A DNA stretch of 62,886 nt, filler included, from Octopus bimaculoides (lineage: Eukaryota): the NCBI RefSeq assembly GCF_001194135.2. It is 6 parts of 6 records of this genome, joined end to end, with 100 filler letters (N's around TTAATTAATTAA, not from the genome) between each part and the next. Parts side by side here need not be neighbours in the genome. Positions count along the whole stretch, not along the records: positions 57,921 to 62,886 come from NC_068997.1; 5 more parts are not named here. One strand, written 5' to 3'. The notes beneath the pieces were generated by a model. The model made no database searches. It was given only the letters and a program-made list of their open reading frames with translations, and was not told where the DNA came from. A program made the translations under genes and the position numbers. Positions 62,228 to 62,886 of the stretch are shown here, piece after piece. Numbering within the stretch: the first letter of the stretch is position 1; each line of letters begins with the position of its first letter.

Positions 62228-62886
62228 AGCGTGTCCATGTATGAGTGTGGCTGGCTTTGTGTTTGAGTAAACAAAATGACAGAAACGAAACACTTAATAC
62301 AGAAATAAAGTGTAAACATTTATTATAAGGATGAGATTACGCTTCGTTATATGAGAAACGGAGAGAATGATAAAAGAAAGAAAGAAAGAAAGGAAGAAGG
62401 TGAGTGTTGAGAAAGGGGCAAGGAGAGAGAACGAGGGAAGGAGAGAGAAAGAGAGAAAGGGGAAAGCACATCATAGACATCTATGTTTATGTTTGTCTGT
62501 ATGGGTGTATTTAACTAAATTCGTGTATGTAAATCTATATTCGTGGATAAATATTTATGAAAGAGATTGGCGCATATACGCAAAGGTATGCAAAGCCACA
62601 TAAATATAAACATCCCTTCATACAAGTGTGTATGTGTGTGTGTGTATATATATATATATATACATTTGTGTGTGAGTGTGTTTGTGTATACATATATATA
62701 TATATATACACCTATATATATGATGTATATATATATGTATATACATATACACATATATACATATATGCATGTGTGTGTGAGTGTGGATACGTATGTATAT
62801 ATGTATGTATGTGTGTATATATGTATGTATGTATGTATCTATGCATGTATGTGTGTATGAATATATATATATATATATATATATAT

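Overview
This is a eukaryotic, AT-rich, microsatellite-saturated draft scaffold with about 8.5 kb of N gaps (my count). The SINE, LINE and microsatellite repertoire looks like an octopod cephalopod, most likely an Octopus short-read assembly; that taxon call is inference, not a database result. Only one host coding sequence is supported: a minus-strand first coding exon (41009-40417) of a class A (rhodopsin-like), probably peptide-binding GPCR. It covers a Ser-rich N-terminus and TM1-TM3 and ends at a phase-2 GT donor inside the E-R-(Y) motif. No TM4-TM7 exon was found in the 40 kb downstream, so the intron is very large or the exons sit in gaps. The rest is repeats: three tRNA-type SINE families (about 25 copies or fragments), RTE-like and R4/Dong-like LINE 3' fragments, an internally deleted mariner, Helentron-type non-autonomous elements (HINE), hAT-like and other MITE-like elements, Penelope-like remnants and many simple repeats. 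Nearly all long ORFs in the supplied track are microsatellite or N-gap artefacts. The most interesting signals are a SINE with a twin-priming-like 5' inversion (58345-58710), a 153-bp fold-back hairpin (54981-55133), a degenerate hammerhead-ribozyme core (28721-28764), a nest of insertions in (AAT)n including an unclassified 550-bp element, and an unclassified three-copy repeat. I found no convincing evidence of a wholly new biological system.
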